Translations under genes and position numbers: made by a program
Assembly (NCBI GenBank): GCA_973895155.1
Contig: OZ316894.1
Coordinates: 16,050,699 to 16,114,698, forward strand
DNA length: 64,000 bases
Source of the DNA: Marsupella aquatica
Taxonomy: Eukaryota; Plantae; Marchantiophyta
Direction: 5' to 3'
The notes under the pieces: model-generated
Told to the model about the DNA's origin: nothing
The model's input: only the letters and a program-made list of their open reading frames with translations
The model's database searches: none
Part shown: positions 58,459-64,000 of the stretch, one piece after another
Layout of the letters: each line of letters begins with the position of its first letter
How positions within the stretch are numbered: the first letter of the stretch is position 1

Positions 58459-61400
58459 TGTGACGGGGTCCCCGTCACTTGAAATCACGAATAATGGGTT
58501 GCAGAGGGGTGTGCCTTGTTAATAGCCATTGTAAATAAGCCGTTTTTAAATTTTTTTAGTTAATTCCGCCATTATAGGTTGATGATGCCCCGGGTGACTT
58601 TATATTCTTTCTCTCGTAACAATTCTAAGATTTGCGGCGACCTAAGCGGGCAAATATTTTGGGACCTTAAAAAATGCTAGGGCCAGCCCCATAGGACTTA
58701 CCGTTTTGCTTGAGCTATCGTTGCAACCCCCTTGTAAAAAGAGGAATAAAAAATAGCTTTGGGGGGGGATTAAAATTCCCTATTAAGGGGCACCGCGAGT
58801 ACTAGTAAGGAGGCTACGGGGGGAATTAAATGCCCTTATGGTGGCCTGGCATGGGGCGAGCCGAGCGCGCCCCGCGAGTGACCAGGTGGCGCCCGGAAAA
58901 CCTAGCCCCTTGCATAGGGAGGCGCGCCGCGCGAGCCAGGGGGTACCGCAAGCCGGGAGGAGCCCGCGAGTGGGCGAGCCCAATTGGTGCTACCGGGGCG
59001 CGAGGCAAGCCGGGGTGCAGCGCAGCCGGGCCGCAGCCGGTGCCAAGAGGAAAAGGTCATGGGAAGGGGGAAAGCTCCCGTGAGCCGGGCACAAAGGAGG
59101 GGTGAGTGAGGTGGGGGGGTATTAAACCCTCCTGCCAAGAGGGAGCAGGACCGGGCACGCCCTACATAGGCCCGCGTGCATCTGGGGCCCGCGAGTTGGA
59201 GGAGGAGGGGGTACACATTAAACCCTCCCATGGGGGGAGCCAAAGCAATAAGGGGAGAAGGAGGAGGGCGCGGCCGTAGGGGGCTGCCGGTACGTGGGGC
59301 GCCCTGCATAGGGCTGAGTGAAGTGAGGGGGGGAAAATTAAATTCCCCCGACCTTGGAGTACGGGGCGCATGCAGCAAGGTGAGGAGGGCCGTGTGTCGG
59401 CATGCGCGAGCCCTTCATAGGGTTGCGAGCCGGGGCGCATGGCGAAAGCCAGGGAGCCGGGAGAAAAAAAAAATACACAGGAGGGGTTCCCTTCCCTTTC
59501 CCTTGTATTAGCCATTTTCCTTTCTTTTCTCCTTCCCTACTTTCTACACGACTCCTCCCTTTGCCGAAAGCACTTTGCTCCCATTTCCGAAAGCTCTCTC
59601 TCTTGCAAGCTCTCTCATGGTGGATTGGGAGAGCTTGGGGGCTCACATTTTTCTGGGCATTAGAGGCGACGACATTGAGTGGCTTCTGAGGGAATTGAGG
59701 GTAATTGATTGATCGGGATACGGGGACCATTTCGGGCCAGGGAATTGACATTGCTACGGGTGACGAGATTTGGTGATTGAGGATTTGATTTCTGGATGCA
59801 TGGATGCTGGATCAATCGGAGTTTAGTGCGGCACGCGTTCGGAGATACAAGGCTGCTTACCGTGACTACGTTGAGACATTGATTGCAAGAGAGAGAAGAG
59901 AGAAGCTATGATGAGTACTGGACTGGTGGCAAGTTCCGCACTGGTGAGTAGGAAGGTTTTCCGTCGAATTTATCCCAAAACCTCCGCCAAGGTGATGGAG
60001 GATTGTAGGAATATTTTTCAAGCCACCGGGCTCACGGAGTTGATGAAGGTGGAGATTACAATCCCTTCGGGGAAGAGTTGGAACATTGAGGCCGGGATGG
60101 AGTTACGTACGGAAGGAATCTACTTTGAATGTCTCCAACGGGTAGTGCCCCATGTGGAGTTAGCTAAGCTCCTGTTTCTGGAGAACCAGCAATTCTCATT
60201 CACACCCCGGAACATAAGGGGAGAGCTCACGTTGAAATGGTGGCCGGTTGGGTGATTAATCCCACCTCCACTACTTCCATTCCTCTTTCTATTGTCAAGG
60301 ATGCTGAGCACAAGGGATTTCTGGCCAAGATTCATCAACGGGTCCTTGGTAACGTGCAATCCGGGGTGGTGAATGAAGAGCATTTCGTGGTAGCTATGGA
60401 CATTAAAAAACTATCCAACCCATGTGTACGGATGGTGGTACTATGGGTTGAAGAAGCTATTGGACGTCGATCCCGGGAGTGTGAAACCAGGTGGGGCTGT
60501 ACACTTGATGGGGTCATTTTTGCTGGCCACAGCAGAAGGGTGGATTGTTTCCCCGGGATAGGAAGACTCTAGATCATCCCTTACCACGGAAATCAGGAGT
60601 ATTGCCACTACCATCGTGGGGAAACTAACGGAGGGATCATCGTCGGCGGTTGGGGATGATAATAGAGAGGAAGAAACCCAAGATGAGGACTCCACATTGG
60701 AGTGGCTTGAATCACTTGTGGGAGATCCGGAGGAGCCCCTGGTCTATGACATTCCTGATGTCTACCTGACAGAGTTACGGGAATTCTGAGAGGGAGTCCA
60801 TGAGGGACTCAAGCTAGTCCACGCATTGAGAGATTCTCTCAAGCAGGCCACCGCCAGAGTAGAGACTTTGGAGCAGAGTGCCTTGTCTATGAAGGAGGTG
60901 ATCAAGGCCAAGGAGGAGGCCATTCATGAGAAGGTTAAACTTCTCCAAGCAGCTCACGTAGAGATCTCCAACTTGAAGGGAGCCTTGTCCACCAAGGCCA
61001 AGGAAGCGAAAGAGGTTGGAGTATTGAAACAGGCATTGGCCAAAGAGAAGCAAAATTCTGGAGAAGTGATGGAGTTAAGAGCCCAGGTGGGAGCACTACG
61101 GAGTCAAATGGTGATCTTTGAGACAAGGGCTAAGAGGAGTGAGGCCTTGAGTCTGGGGAAACGAAAGAACCCCTGCACACCTAGCTCCACACTTTCCCCG
61201 GATTTGGTCTCCAGGGCCATTGAGATGGTGGTGAAGGAAGTCAGTGGGAAGTATGGACCCCTGTTGGATGCAGCCAAGAAGAGTCAAGAGAAGAGCAAGA
61301 GCTTAGAGAAGAAGCTCAGGGAGGTACGTAAATCGTTACGAGAAGCTCAGGTCAACACGGGGATGCCACCCCGATCTGTCACCCCTGGGACTCCCATGGC

Positions 61401-62758
61401 CACCGGGCAGGTTTTACCGTTGGAGTTGCGGTCCGGTGAAGAGGCAGCCTTATGGAAGGACACCATTGGTGAGGGGTACATTAAGGCGTGGCAAGCCTTG
61501 GCCAATTTGAGGAAGCAGGGGAGCACTAGCACAAGGAGTACCCCAGTGAAGAAGAAGAGGAGTGAAGTGGCACTCACTCCAGTGGAGAGTGATGAGGAGG
61601 CCCACTCATGGGGCTCAAGCCAGGGCATCGTGAGTGAAGAGGAGGAGAATTAGAGGGGTCGTACGGACGTGGTTGTACGGCCCCTTGACTTTCCAACTGT
61701 TTTGTGAGGGGTCACTCACGGGCTTGTTAGAAAGAGCTCACGGAGTTGATTCCAACAAGAGGCGGCGTTCCTCAAACAGAGCCAGGATGAGCAAGTTAGG
61801 GCCCGACGAAGTTGGGTTTACTGGATACTGAAATGACCATAACTTGGTCGTCCGATGTCTGTTTCAAGAACGGTTGAGTGCTTCATAATCAGGAGGAGGA
61901 GGGCTATCCAGGGGTGAACTCAGAAGTGCAAGTGGAAGGGCGCCTAGTTTCGGCCATTATGGGGTTCCTTGCAATTTCAAGGTTCACGGAGTAACGTTGG
62001 GGCGCCGTCGAAGGCACCGTCGGCCCCATTTTTAGTTTAGGGTTTAGAAGCATGTGTGTGCCGTATGGTTTTAGTTTAGGGGTTTCTTAGTAAAGGGTTT
62101 AGCGGCGCCGCTAGGGTAAGCCGCCATCGTTGTGGCCCCGTGAGGGGAGCTTTGGTGTTTTTTTTTTGGTATTTAGGGGGAAAGCCCCGGAGTAGTTAGG
62201 GGGGAACTCAGTCTAGTGTTTGCTTAGGGAAGTTAGCTCGTAGCCAAAAGAGGAAATCAAGCCAGAGTAGTGAGGTAGAGGTGTAGCACTTGCCCCAGTG
62301 AGGCAGTAGTTGGGCAGACGGCAAGAGGCCGGGTTGTCCTTGCAATGTGTTACAACGTTTTGCCAAAAGATATGGATTTGGTTTGATTCCTCAAGTTTTG
62401 GTGTGGCGTTATTTTTTTCTGGTTCACGATTGTGTTCTTTCCCCAAGAAGTGTCTAAAGAATACTTGCACGGATTGGTCGACCATGTGAGTAGGGGGGTG
62501 GTGAGAGCACTCCACCAACGACCAGTAGGAGTGTGTGTGTGTGTGGCGTAGTCCATAGGACTTGATCAAAAGCAGCGGGACTAGTCGGTAGACTTGATCA
62601 AAAACTACATTTCCGGGAGCGGAAATAAACATACTCTGAATCCTACATGCAATAGAATCCTAATAGCGTCCCTCCACGTTCCCGTCATACGATAACAAAC
62701 GATTTTAGTAGGAGTAAATACGTATTTGTTGTGTAAATCGTTTGATAAGCAGGTGATA
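58459..62758 (+). mobile_element. 4.3 kb nested insertion (giant solo-LTR-like or non-autonomous element) within Copia pol
   Basis: Excising it rejoins the Copia frame GVVRTLKN|VRHIPSMMKNLIS. It is flanked by ATTCC (58454-58458) and ATTCT (62759-62763). Ends are TGTGAC...GGTGATA. Confidence 0.9.
59908..61653 (+). pseudogene. Interrupted ORF of unknown family with acidic linker and C-terminal coiled coil, carried by the nested element
   Basis: ORFs 59908-60255 and 60237-60572, plus a frame that continues (DDNREEETQDED...LREF*EGVHEGLKLVHAL) into 60826-61653, appear to be one gene broken by about 2 frameshifts and 1 stop. The last part is heptad-rich (K/E/L/A). Confidence 0.55.
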
Positions 62759-64000
62759 ATTCTTCAACGTTCTTACAACACCATCAAACATCTGAAATCT
62801 TACAGATCCAAGTCCAACAACTTGACATGGGATTCCATTTCCCATCAACACTGACCCGTTGGAAACCGTGTAAAACTGAAAAAATCTCTCCTCGAGCAAA
62901 TGTGAAAAGTACATGCACTATTTAGAATCCAGTCATCACTACCTGGATTTGACACTACGTTGAGAGCATAATCTTGGCATCACAATATGTCATCATCATC
63001 GAGTAAATCTACCTCATGCGAGCTCGATGCTGCGTTAGCAGATGTAGTAGGGATCTTTACTCGACAATCCCTTTTCATGTGGCCGGGCTTGCCACAATTC
63101 CAACATGCAAGAGGCTTCCTCTCTTGCGATTCCCTTTGGATTTAGATCTTCCTTGTGATGTAGATCTAAACCTGTTCTGTCCATTTGTGCGCTGCGCTTT
63201 TCTTCCCCGGTTCACGTTCAGCGCAGTGCTAGAAGAAGATGTTGTCTGTGATTGACCCAGCTTCTTCTGAGCATCATCAGACAGTAAAGAGCTCACCACC
63301 TCATTATACGAAATGGACTTCAGATCTCTATACAAGAGCACCTGTTTCAAGCCCTGAGATGACGGCGGTAAGGAGCTTAGCAGAATCAAGGCCTTATCCT
63401 CATCTTCAACTCCTTTTCCGAGGTTTGACAGATCCACCCCTAGACTGTCAAACTCATCTAGGTGATCCTGCATCTTGCTCCCTTCCTTGAGTCTGAGTCT
63501 CATCAAGAGAGACTTCTTGTACAGCCGGTCTGACACATCTTCCCGGTAGTACTTCTCTCTTAGAGCCTTGAACAATGATGCGCAATCCGCATAATCATCC
63601 AGCTGCTTGATGATGTGCGACTTGAGATATAGCATCACTGCATTGACAGCAATCACCTGCTCTTGTCTCCATTGTCTCACAAAAATCTCCTCCTCTCCAT
63701 CATACTGCTCTCGCAAAGAAAGCAGATGAGCTAAGCCCATGGCCCGTAGAACACCCTTCACTTGCTTCTCTCAGAGCAAGTAATCAGTACGACCATCGTA
63801 CTTCTTCATCTCAAACTTCACTCCTCCAAATCTAGCCATCTCCCTCTTCTTCCCTACTATCGATAGCTCTGGTAGTAGAACAACTTCCTCCACTGCACGC
63901 CGCACCGGTGATCATACCGGTGTACTAGTTCCTCCTCAAATGGTAGCAACTCCTCCTTAGACTCTCCGTCTGACCGTCGCGATCCTGAAGCTCCACCGAC

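Larger units (their letters stand above)
54910..64000 (-). mobile_element. Decayed Ty1/Copia LTR retrotransposon (Tnt1/Tork-like), 5' end beyond the window, interrupted by a nested element
   Basis: Domain order on the minus strand is gag (ATG 63839, MARFGGVKFEMKKYDG; ORF 63075-63761), protease remnant (~62940-62760), GAG-pre-integrase LWHFRLGHMSEKG, integrase HSDVWGP/LRSDNG/TPQQNGVSERLNRT, RT QMDVVTAFLYG/YVDDML, RNase H CDSQSALHLA...KHIDIRYHF. A polypurine tract AAGGGGGAG precedes the 3' LTR. Multiple stops and frameshifts. Confidence 0.97.

Noticed and set aside
58783-59751. Many overlapping ORFs on both strands
   Set aside because: They are explained by very high GC content suppressing stop codons, and the translations are low-complexity R/A/G/P strings.

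Overview
Eukaryotic, intron-rich nuclear DNA from a land plant, most likely a flagellated-sperm lineage such as a liverwort (inferred from the ciliary gene DZIP1/Iguana, not proven). Six protein-coding genes are supported: an intronless Rpr2/Rpp21-domain protein (+), a 12-exon dihydropyrimidinase PYD2 with a signal peptide (-), a group III bHLH-ACT transcription factor (+), an intronless LEA_2/NHL protein (-), a large multi-exon DZIP1-like zinc-finger protein (-) and an intronless V-ATPase c subunit (-). Intergenic DNA holds layered transposon debris. This includes an L1-type LINE remnant split by a 1.4 kb insert, a CRE/RLE-type non-LTR remnant, a solo LTR, and a decayed Ty1/Copia element running off the right edge whose 3' LTR matches that solo LTR 30 kb away. 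The most unusual object is a 4.3 kb element (58459-62758) inserted into the Copia pol with a 5-bp target-site duplication. It has no recognisable gag/pol or paired LTRs, but carries a terminal hairpin, five G-run/ATTAAA/C-run motifs, telomere-like repeats and a decayed ORF of unknown family. No CRISPR, rRNA or tRNA was seen. Exon boundaries were read by eye and are approximate.
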